64,000 nucleotides of DNA. Origin: Tubulanus polymorphus (Eukaryota; Animalia; Nemertea). Of the stretch, positions 37,401 to 49,400 are shown in pieces (positions within the stretch are counted from its first letter, which is position 1; every line of letters starts with the position of its first letter). The stretch is from positions 8,705,122-8,769,121 of the forward strand of contig NC_134030.1 of assembly GCF_964204645.1 (NCBI RefSeq). Reading direction: 5' to 3'. Made by a program: the position numbers and the translations under genes. The notes beneath the pieces are model-generated. The model was not told where the DNA came from and did not search any database. It saw only the letters and a list, made by a program, of their open reading frames with translations.

Positions 37401-40400
37401 GAAATTAATACTTGCAGATATGAGCCCAAACTATGTACAAGGATACACCCCCTGTGATCCTGATAATGCTACATAAATATTCTACACTAAAGGGTCCGAT
37501 CGGAAAGAACGGACACCTTGAGCCATGACAACAGGACCCAGTGAAGCTAATGAGCCTAACTGGCCTGAAACATCCCGTAAATAAAATGACGTGAATGTCG
37601 ACGGTGAATTCCAAAAGGCGGCCCGACAGACTTCCTCCAACGGAGCACCCGAAAAGGCTGCGCAGGAAGTAGCCATAGACCTCACTTGATGAGAAACGAC
37701 TCCCTCCGAGGAAAGATTCTCCTTCAATAAAATGTCCTTGATCATTGAAGAGACCCATCGGGCTACTGTGTCCCGCGAAATATCACCCTTTAGGTGATCC
37801 AGCAGCGGAATAAATAACCGCTCCCGTGAACCCCTCCGTGAAGCAGAGCGATCTAAATAGAAACACAACGCCCGCACAGGACATAAAGTCCTGTCCGGGA
37901 TGCCCGGTTCCACTCGATGTTTTAGGGCTTTAATTCGCCATTGACGCCCAACCGAGCCTGGTCGTTGGTTCTTTGCCAAAAATTCCAAAGCAGGCCGCAG
38001 CGAAACAAATTCATTCGCTGGCCCAAAGACAATGTGACCTGGTCGGACTGAAAGCGCATGAATCTCAGAGCGACGGGCCGAGCAAGCCAAGAACAGCAAA
38101 AATACAGTCTTTTTTGACAAATTTGCAAAAGACGCTGCCGAAAGAGGTTCAAATGGAGCCTCCATTAACTTCTTCAAAATTACAGACAGATCCCATGGTG
38201 GAACTGTCCTTGTTACCCGAGGCCGGGAAATAGAAAACCCAGCAACCAGCTGGGATATCCGATGATCCCCTGCTACATTTGGCCATCCAGAAGCACGCAA
38301 TGTATGAGAAATCGCGGAGCGGTAACCTTTAATAGTTATGACCTGTAAACCTTTTGCTACAAATAGGTGCAGTAAAAAATCTGCCAATTGAGCTACAGAG
38401 GGTGAGCATGGATCAATTTCCCCTGCAGCACACCAATCCGCAAAATGACTCCACTTGGCATCGTAAATGGTACTTGTTGATGGCCGCTTAGATCCTGCGA
38501 TAAAGGAGGCAGCCTGTTCTGAAAAGCCTGAAGCTGACAAGGATCGCTGGACAATGGCCAGGCGAGCAGATTTAACCACTGGCTGTTTGGATGATGCCGA
38601 AAGATCCCCTGAGACAGAAGCGATGGGAAATTCGGAAGAATCCTGGGGTTGTCGCACAGTAGGTTGAGAAGTGGTAGGAACCATTTCTGAGCCGGCCAAC
38701 ATGGTGCTACCAGAACTATGTTGCAATTGACTGATCTCTCTATTTGATCCAGTAAGCGCGGCAGGACTGGTGTGGGCGGGAACGCATACGCATGCATCCC
38801 CGACCAGTCCAGAGAGAAGGCATCGACCCCCCACGCTTCCGCGTCTGGAAACGGGGACACAAACAGAGGACACCTCCGATTGAACCGGGTGGCAAACAGA
38901 TCCAGCAGCGGATTGCCAAAAATGCCCCGAACCCGATCGGCTACTTCTTGGTGGAGAACCCATTCTGTCGCAATAGCCTGACCTCGACGAGACAGAGCAT
39001 CGGCCATCACGTTCCTTTTCCCTGCTAAATGTGCCACAGTCAGGGACACGCCCTTTGTCTGGCACCAAAGAAGAATTTTGGCCGACAGACCTGTGAGGGT
39101 TTCTGAGTGAGTGCCCCCTTGGTTCTGGAGGTAAGCCCTCACTGTTGAATTGTCTGTGGCTAGCCAAACGTGGTGGCCCTCCACTCTCCTGTGAAAGAAC
39201 TTCAGGGCCTTCCACACGGCCAGCATTTCTAGGAAATTTATGTGGTTGGTGGCCTCGTAGCGAGACCATTTCCCGGCTTTGACTCGGTTCTCCAGATGTG
39301 CCCCCCAACCTTGGTGACTGGCATCCGTGAATACACGAACTGGAGCCTCTAACGGGGCTAGTGACACCCCGAGCCGAAGATTCGTAGTGGCCGCCCACCA
39401 CTGAAGATCCGGACTTAGATCGGTTGGAGGTACGGGAATCAAGGCCTCCCAGTTGCCCTTCGACTGAGACCAGAAGACCTTCCAATATTGTTGCAAGCGC
39501 CTGCTTCTGAGGCGGCCTAAGGGCACCACCAGACCCATGGAGCTGATGGAGCCTAGAAGCCGTGACCAGTAACGAGCTGTTCTCGGGGTTGTGGACACTC
39601 CCGCTACAGCTTCTTGAAGTTTGGCCACTCGAACCATAGACGGAAAGACTTTGCCGATTCGGAGATCGAAGTCCATGCCGAGATAAGTGAACTGTTGGGC
39701 CGGCGTCAACTGAGATTTTTCCCTGTTTACGCGGAACCCTAGCTGATGGACTACGTCCAAGACTGAGGTCATTGCCTCCCGACATTCCTGAGCCGAATTC
39801 GCGACTATTAACCAGTCGTCGAGGTAAACGAACAGTCGAACACCCCTTGACTGAAGTACCTTCTGAACTGACTTGACCAACTTGGTGAAAACCCACGGGG
39901 CCGTACTGAGGCCAAATGGAAGAGACCTGAATTGGAACTGGCGGCCTTTCCACTTTATCCTGAGAAATCGCCGAGATTTTGGGTGAATTGGAACCTGAAA
40001 GTAAGCATCTTTCAGGTCCAATGAAGCCGCCCATTGACCCGGACGGAGCCCTTGAATCACGTCCTTGGGCTTGGTCATCCGGAACCTTGGAATGTCTAGG
40101 TGCCGATTGAGGGATGACAGATCTATCACTGTCCGTTGACCCCCTGTGGCCTTTGGTACCATGAATATTCGAGAAAACCAGCCGGGAGAAGTTTCGTTGC
40201 AAACTGGTTCTATCGCTCCCTTCTCTGCCAGTTCCTTGAGAGCCGGAGAGATTAAGGCCTCCTGACCTGGTTTTGGCCGCATGTCGGGAGGTGACCTCAT
40301 CAGGCGCGGTCGCCTTAGGAAACGGAGACGGTAGCCCCGAGAGACGACCCGGGAGGGCCAACCGTCTCCAAAGAGGTCGGACCAGTGGGTTGCTGCCTGC

Positions 40401-43400
40401 TGCAGACAACCTCCCACTGGTCCCAAGAATTCATTTCGAGTTTTTCCGAAAGGAAGAGCCCCTTTTTGGAGCCTTCCCCTTGCCTCGATACGAACCGGAA
40501 CTGTTACGACCGGACGAGGCTTGACACGATTGTTGAAGTTGCGCGCTAGTTCTCCAACCGGCATCCGAAGCCGCCTGAGAAAGCGCTGAAGTTTGAGATG
40601 GTCCTGTTTGCGTCCGTGCCGAACCTTGCGCCGCCGGCGTCGGACCAGAACGCTTTTTCCACGGAGTTCGGGGGTTGGACTTGGCCTGAACCTCCCGAAT
40701 CTTCCTCAGCTCTGCGGAAACCGGAGCGCACCAACCGGAGAAGAGACGTGAAGACGTCCCCAATGGGGCTCTCAGCAAAGCATTGGACACCATATCCGGT
40801 AGACGAGTTTTGGCACTGGAGTCCATCACTGACTGACGGGAGGCTAACACCAGATTAGCCTGACCCCGAACCGACAACGGAATTACATGCGAAACAGACC
40901 GAGCCAAAGATTGGATAATCCGGTCCATTCCCTCCAGTTTTAGGGCAACTGACTCTGGGTCGGAGCCCGCATGAACGGCGGCGTGAGTCTCGCGAAGCTC
41001 ACCCGTCAACACCTTAAGTGCCATATCTTGAAACGAACCAACCCTGGTAAGATTGTCCAGGATTGACGTCATGGCCACCAAACCGGACTTAGGCAAACGA
41101 ATACCCGACTGTGCTGTAACAGTATCCGGGCTGATCAAAGTATAATCAGCATCCAGGCAGTTATGACTGTGATCCACAGCACCTGGAGTTGCGTAATACG
41201 CCGAGCGAAATGCGCCTATAGGTGGATCGGTTGAACTAAAATATTTCCCAGATTTCATACCCCGTTCTGGAGGGGGAAATGAAAAAGTTCCAGGCCGACA
41301 TTCACCCCATAATTGCGTATCCAATCGAGCCCATTCTCTTGAAACCGCTGACGATTCCCGTAAAACGTTAAGATCGGAGTCCGGAGGGCGATAAGCTTCC
41401 ATTGACTCACCGACCAGAGGAGCTGCTGTGGGCTTAGCGCGAGTTGCCCCGTGCTTGACAAAGAACTCACTTATCATCGCTCTAAATGGCATGTCCCCCG
41501 CTGGTTCGGATAAAACTGAACGGGACGGAGATACATTGCGAGCCAGGGAAGCCCCCATCGTCTGGGGCAACCCACAATTGCTTGCGACAGGAACGACCCC
41601 AGAAGGAATTGCCGCCTCTGGGACCGGATCCTCATTGAAATCAGACCCTACCGCAGCATCCAGGAATTCAGAGTCAGAATTCCGAAAAACTGAGTGGGCT
41701 GGCGAACTTCTAACCGGACAATCAGGAATAGGCTTACCTGTTGTAGAAGTTGCAGCGACTTGTTGCGACGAAGATAACAAGTTTAAAATTTTCTCCTCAA
41801 ATACATGGAAATCCTTCTGAGTCAGGTATTTTCCAGTATCCCGACGATCATGCCGACTTCGGTGACGGTCCCTCGAACGGGATCGTGACCTACTAGAAGA
41901 ATCGCTTTCATCGCTAACCGACGTCGACGAACGATGAGAAGACCGACGGCGAAACTTCCGACAATAACGATCGTAGTCCCTCTCGCGATCAAACCTTGAT
42001 CTGCGAGAAGGAGATCTTGCTCGTTTATTACGCTCCCGGCGTCTAAATCTAGTGGGAGAGCGAGCTCTATCCCCGGAGCGACGATCAGAATCAGACGATG
42101 AACGTACCGGATGTTTTGTACCGGACGACGTCTGGACCGGACCGGTGGCCGAACCGGACCGAACCGGACCGATGCCCGACCCGGACCGGACCGGTACCGA
42201 CCGAACCGGTGCGGGCCGTTCGCGACTACCGCGGCGCGCGCTCGGTTCCGAACATGTAGTCTGAACCGGCCGAACCGGCCGAACCGGTGAACGACCAGAG
42301 ACCGGTGAATGACCGGAGACCGGTGCCGGTGAACCAGCGTTCTTCCCCGGTGAACGGAGTTGGGAAGCCGATCGTACCTGAACGACCGGCGACCGCTCCG
42401 CTTTACGATAAGAAACAGGATTAGAAACGTCGGTTGGCACATCGGCCGAAACCGACGAATCCCTGCTAACTCGACGACGATCTCTTAGTTTAAGAGCCTT
42501 ATCGGCCCGAAGCCAAAGGTCCTCGGACCACACGACGCAAATATTGCAAGGATTGCTCCTTGCACATATTTGACCGGATTTGCGCCTGCACGACGCACAT
42601 GAATCGTGGTTGTCCCAGGCGCCAAACAAATGCCCGCATCCCTCCCCGCCACGATGCTGACCCTTAGGAGGGGGTGGCATAATTATCCTGTTACAAATCA
42701 AAACAATTCAATTCAATTCAATCAAATTATATTTGTAAATAAAATTCTTACGGAAAAAAAGAAATCAGGGATAACCCCCAAACCGAACGGACTCACCGTT
42801 ACGAGAGTGAAAACTCCCTAATATCCTAATTCCCAGATTTTTACGGCGAAAAAATCCAACGCGTTCTACTGCGAGAACGCCAAGAAAAAAGATGGCGGAT
42901 TTCGCCGGTGGCTAAATGCAATACCGCAGGGCCGGGTCGTATAGAAAAACCATTGGCGATAAATCCAAATTTAGAAAATATTGGCAAAAACCATAGGAAA
43001 GGGTACAGTACTCGATGGAAATATGTATGATGTTCATGCTTGAACCAGTAGCACCCACATGTTGACTATTCGGCATTAGTTTGTAAATCTAAAATTTTGT
43101 ATTCACTCAATTATTGTCATGCAATGATTCCTTCAGGTTTTACATATACTTCTTACTCGGTAAAGATGTATGGATTTCTTAAGAAAATTTAAAAATCTGC
43201 TACACTTGTATGACAAATATTCTATGAATGACCAACCCTTTGGTCAGCAAATAGTATGGTAATTGCCACAAAAAATCAATGTCATTTTTATTCAACGATT
43301 CATAAGTTCATCCAAAAGAAATGCGTACTCCCACAGCAGGGATTCGAACCTGATGGCACAGGATTGCCACCATATGAAACCCTGCCACACTAATCCTGGG

Positions 43401-46400
43401 GCTGGTTCCTCAGTTGAGAAAATGGTCTTAAATCTTAAGACTGGTCTTAAGTTGTTAGATTGGTTATAGAACTAAGATGGTCTTAGATTGGTCTTAAGTC
43501 TAAGCCATGACCATGGAACTGGGCCCAGGTGCACAATGTTTGGCTTCTTCCCTCGTTATTGATTCCATACACAGTTGGATTTTGATCGACATCAACACAC
43601 CAATAATTTCCCCATGATTTCTAAAAAATCCTGCTCAAAATGATTATTACGCTGCCAGATTATTTTATGAACAGTTTATAATGGATGGCAACAAATTGAC
43701 AATGACGCTATAGGACATATATTCATAGGGTTCATAGTACTTTTTACCTATCTTTTAATTAAAATGGCAAATGTGCCACGTTTATCATTTATGACGACCG
43801 AAACCCTCAATCCTAATCCACAACATAAATTATCAACTCAACATCAGTTGTCTACATGCATGTGAAAAATGGATTTGAAATGGAGGGCAGATTATCATGG
43901 ACGATATGTCTATAATACTGAACGTGTAGTATTATTTACAATTCTGACACAATGAAACGAATTCATCCTTTTTCAAAGCAAATTTAGAATCGCACTCTCA
44001 CATTGTATGAAAGAATATATAAAGTATTTTAAGTGAAATTTACCAATCACAATAGATGTATTATGTTACGAAAAATTCTTTAGCCACGAAGAGTCACCGA
44101 AAAAAAATCGAATTTAACTTATAAATTAATAGATAAAGAGGGATTTCACATTCTATTCACCTACAACAACTGTAACATTGCTTATCTTTTGTTGACATGA
44201 ATTCAACACAAGTTAAACTATATCGACCATTCAGCAGTTTCTACCTGCTGATGTCTGTGGAACATCAGTCACCGGGCAACAATCGTACCATTTCAATTGT
44301 TATTAAGCTCATCATATTCATCGCGGGAGTCTTCGGAAATTCAGCCACTTTCATGATAATGACAAGTCGTCGATTCAGATATTTATCATACGCCAACTAT
44401 CTCATCACTCTTTCGCTGTGTGATTTCATATCTCTCCTCTACTTGACATTGATGCCGACGCTACAATTCGTTCTTCTGCACGTCAGCCGCGGTCCGACAT
44501 TCATCATGAAGTCGCGTCTCAGCTGTAGCTTCTACGAAATCATGCTCGCAACCACAGGTTTCAGTAGTTCGTGGTTGATAGTAGCGATATCCCTAGAACG
44601 TACGGCAGTCGTGCTCTTCCCGTTCACGTCTCGTCTGGTGTGCACACCTAAATTCGCGCGTTGCGTCATCGCGTTCATTTTCGCTACGAACGCCGCTTTC
44701 TTACCGATTCACCCGACGATAAAGATTCACTTTCTCGATAAACAAGGATGCTTTTACGAAAGCATCGCCAGGTCGTACTACGTTATGATCACGCTTCATT
44801 ATTTTCTACCGTTAATTCTCATCGTCTCGTTCAATTCTATTACAACCGTTCAGTTATTTAGAGCTACGAAAGTGGCTTCGACCGATAACAAAACCGGCAA
44901 GACGAAACGTACGACAGTGATGCTCGTTACAGTTTCGCTCACGTTCGCCGCGTTGACTATCCCGAATGTCGTAAATCCATTGTTACCGATCGATCAGAAG
45001 TTAAAAGATATTCTAACAAACGCGTTCACACAGATGATGGCGTGCAACTTTTCCATTAATTTCTACATATACCTTTTACTCGGTAAAGAAATCCGTACAT
45101 ATTTTGTGGAGAAAACTTGCGCATCGAAAAAAATGAATCAGTTCTAACCAACGACCATTAATAATAATTTTGCATAATACTTTTACATTTTACTTCATAT
45201 GAGTAACATTGGCCCTACCGGCTTTTAAAAAATTCCCTCAACCCACTGAGCGCCACGCAGGGCGTTATTAGTGGGTTAGACCGGAGAAGAACCCTCGACC
45301 AAGAAACTGTCGCCAGCAGGGTTTGAACCCATAAACCCTGGATTGACGAGACCAGTGATCGGCGGCTTAACCCACTCAACCACTGCGCCTTTCACTTGAT
45401 GCCAACGGCCTCAATATAAACAGTACGAACGCCGTGGCTCGTGCGACTAGAATATAACCACTGAACAGAGAGATGGGTGGATGCTGACAAAATCAAACAC
45501 TTAAAACACGTTGCATACGAAACCTATGATTTCAAGCAGTTGATACAACATCTCCCATGTGTAATCATTTCCGTCAGGAAATATACAACATCATTTTCAG
45601 AATTCTGAACACATCTACCAGATGGGTTATGAACCAACAGCTCATATATCAACCTAAGAATGAACCACAAACTGACCTTGGTTATTGTATCCTCCGCTGC
45701 CGGTACTCTGTCCATAACTGGTGTTGTTCTGATAGCCGCCACTGCCTTGGTTGTAGTTGTTACCGCCGACGGCATAACCACCGCCGCCACCACTGCTACC
45801 CTGGTTGTATCCACCTCCGCCTTGATATCCGCCTCCTGTACCGCCCTGGTTATAGTTTCCACCCGTTCCGTATCCGCTGCTCGAATTAACCGGTGGAGCA
45901 TTGTACGGAGCACCTACGATACGACGAATACATGCTTTAATACTTATTTCGCAATATCAAAACGATGATAATGTCAAGCCATTATCAACCGCACAATCAA
46001 TGTCAAAATAAGACTTCTCGCCAAAATCAGATGAAGTGAGGATGTGTAAGGGTTGGCCTCGTACTCGCCAGTGGTTAAGGATAAATCACTTCCAAAGCCA
46101 CTTTATCACTTTATCAATCATTGTAAGGAATGAAAACAGTCTAACCGATCAGTTATTCCGGGATATAAGGAGTTTCAAAAGAAGATTTTGAATTTAGGGG
46201 AAGCGTCTGCATCACTTTCATATCCCACCTAAACTTGATTTCTTAGTTTGTAACTGTCTAATTGGGCTCAAAATCCCAGTTGTGACTAATGATTTAGGCA
46301 ATTTACTGTAAAAATACAAACCAGACAAAATTTTCTAACCGCTATTTCTCAAAATTGAAGGAGTTTTGAGCATTTTAATATCAAAGTGCACCAAGCACCT

Positions 46401-49400
46401 TGAAAAGCACTTTCTATTAAGGAGTTTTTAAAGGATCAAAAAGTACAACACTTATAGACTACTACAAATACTTACGATCAGCTACGACATCTCTGTTGTA
46501 ACCTCCATCACGCGGTAGGTTGTCGCGGCTACCGCCGCTTGATTGGCTGTAGCCCATATCGCGATTCTGGCTATAACCGCTGTGGTCGCGCGGTTGATAA
46601 TTGTCGTAACTGGACTGCGGCGGATCGTTGTAGCTCGCGCGTGACCCGTAACCGTTGCTGCTGCCGCGGCTCGCGTTGTCGTTATAGTTCCCTCCGCCTT
46701 GAGGAGCTCCTCCATAACCTCCGCTGCTTCCACCATAATTACCGCCCTGGTTGCCCTGATTGTAATTACTAGCCGGTGGACCGCCATATCCTCCTACAAT
46801 TCATACGATATATGTTTTAACAACGCTAGCAAAATCTTCACTATTAGTCCAAAGCGTTAACAAGCCTCAGCCATAGCAATTCACAACAAATTCAAAATTA
46901 TCAAAGGCGTTGCCTTGCATACTGCCATATATGCCTGTGTTTTAGATAATTCATAAAATCGAAAGGTCCAAAATTCATTACCTTGATCATATCTGTCATT
47001 GTTGTAGCTTGGCCCATCATTGTAGCCACCTCTGTTACCACCTGTAAAGAATGATGTAGAAAGTTTCATGTAAAGGCGACACGTATAATACCAGAACACT
47101 TTAAGTAAAGCCACATAGTAATCAATTCGAACCTGGTGGGCTTTGATTGTAATTATCATATCCACGGTCTCCACCACGGGGTGGACCATCGCCTAAAACG
47201 ATGCAAAAATTCGATCAACAATAATTCAAAAGGTTGTTCAGATATCTCATCATATCCATAAATACAAACTCACCTCCGTAGCCTCCTGCACCACCTCCAT
47301 AGTTACTGGGTGGTGGAGGTCCACCACCACGACCTCCCTGGTAACCACCACGACCCGCTGAAATTAGTAAGAAACCGGACTTGCAAAATGAAGGCAAAAC
47401 TTAAGAAATCACAAGGAATTCACCGACTGGACATGTTTTTGACTGACCTGGTGGACCAAAATCTCTACCACCACGCTCATAACTGCCAGAACCTCCACTT
47501 CCACCACGACCACCTCGTTCATAACCACCATCCGGACCACCTCGGTTTCCTGGAACAAAATACGAACAATCATTACCTCGTCTAGCGCTGCGTAGACAGG
47601 CAAACAAGCAACATTAAACTACCTTGTCCACCATATCCTCCTTGATTGTTGTAACCATCTCCACGGCGCTCATAGTTACGGGGGCCATCAAAGTTACCGC
47701 CGTAATCACCGCCACCACGTCCGCCCATCGGTGGCCCTCCGCGACTACCTCCACCACGTCCACCAACACCACCTCGTCCTCCTCCTCTGATACCACCTGA
47801 AAATATCATATGCAATATATTTCGTCTTACAAATAGTGCATAAACAGGATTCAAAAAGTTGTGCTGCAAACTGCACAAATTTAGGGTATCAGGATAATTG
47901 CCCCCCCAAATTAAATCTTTTTAATCTTAAATTAACACAGATATTTACTTCATATTCATTAGACAAAGTGAACTTATTCTAGCAAATTACTCTAGGACTG
48001 CTTTAAAGTTTTTGATTGGCTAAAGTAACACTAAAACTAATTCCAATAAATCAGCGAATGTTAACTAATGCACTAATAAGTGGACTTATTTAGTTTCCTT
48101 TAATTTGGTAAGTGAATTATAATTAATTACACAAGGACTGATTTCAATTTTATGATCTGCACACAACATCAGTAATTTTATATCTTATAAATCTATATTC
48201 AATAATATACAAATGAATTTCTAAGTTAAGTATTTAGGTGGTGTTAATCCAAATCAAAAAGGATTTCATTCGTGGGGCAATTGTCCTAGAGCCCAAATTT
48301 AGGCGTAGTCTATAAAACTGAAAAATTTCTATTGCTGATTAGCCAAAATTAAAGGAGTTTAGCTCAAATGAAAGACACGCACCGAGTTTCAAGCACCTTC
48401 TAAATCAAAAGTTTTCCATTTTGAAGTATTTAAGGAATCAAGGAGTTGTAGGGACCCTGATATAGCTGAACTCGGTAAAAAAAACTTATGTCAACAAATA
48501 ACTATACCTCGTCCACCCGAAGGACCATCCATATGTCCACCAGGTCCAGCACCACCTCCTCCGCCTGAACCACCTCGTCTTTCGAACTGTTCTCTAGCCT
48601 GTACCAACTCCTGTTTACTCAAACCCTTTTTAGCTTCACATCTTTTACCCAAAACATCGAAGTGTTTCAGAACTGAAAATGGAAAAAACTTCTTTGAACA
48701 CACAGTTTAAAGGAAATGAAAATCTTCACTCGACTGAATGTCACACAGTACTGAATAGAGTCCTATCAGCTCGAATCATTTTGGACTAACAAAATTCATC
48801 CAGTTCTGAGAAATCTGGATTAAAGGTAATTTTCTTGTATATCAATGAACAAATGGACTGCAGATATTGTCCCGATTATACCAAAATCTGGATTAAGCAG
48901 GTCTGACTGTATCACTAACATTATTGTAACCATATAAACTAAAAACATAGATGATTATTATTAATTGATCATGACGGCACCGAAAGAAATTGAAGAGGTA
49001 TTACGTAAGCGTCATGTATCGAGATTATGCTCTCTTCACTTACTGAAAACCTTATCTACAGCATCTGATGAATCCATCGTAATGAAAGCAAAACCACGAC
49101 GTTTTCCTGTATTCTTATCGATGACGAGATCGACCTTTTCGACCTTTCCATGCGCTGAGAAAACATCAATGAGATGAGACTCTTGCACTTCGTCTTTCAG
49201 TCCGCCGATAAAAATCTTATTCGTACAGAAATGTGCTTCCGGATTTCCACTCTCCTGAAAAATGGACAAACCAAAAATTGGTCAGGCGTACTGCACATAT
49301 AGACAGGACCCCTACAAATTCATGGTTCCTACAGAACCATCGATATGAAATTGAGGGGTATTTGAAGGGCTTTTGAGGGTATGATCACCAAATTTGAGGG

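Larger units (their letters stand above)
36904..43023 (-). mobile_element. DIRS1-like retrotransposon, full-length copy 2
   Basis: ITRs 36950-37071 and 42884-43005; ICR 37125-37222. By eye about 15 substitutions and 3 non-coding indels relative to copy 1. Confidence 0.97.

Noticed and set aside
43330-43390. tRNA gene (also about 56870-56900 and 45310-45389)
   Set aside because: Only B-box-like GGTTCGAA/GGTTCAAA cores and no complete cloverleaf. Better explained as SINE heads.
22186-45147. A single segmental duplication of DIRS+GPCR, or an assembly duplication
   Set aside because: The DIRS copies are about 99.7% identical while GPCR1 and GPCR3 are far more diverged. The insertion points and flanks differ, and the GPCR3 flank shows the empty site for copy 1.
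45524-47878. ORF-track calls over the Gly-rich exons
   Set aside because: Off-frame, antisense or intron-read-through versions of hnRNP exons.
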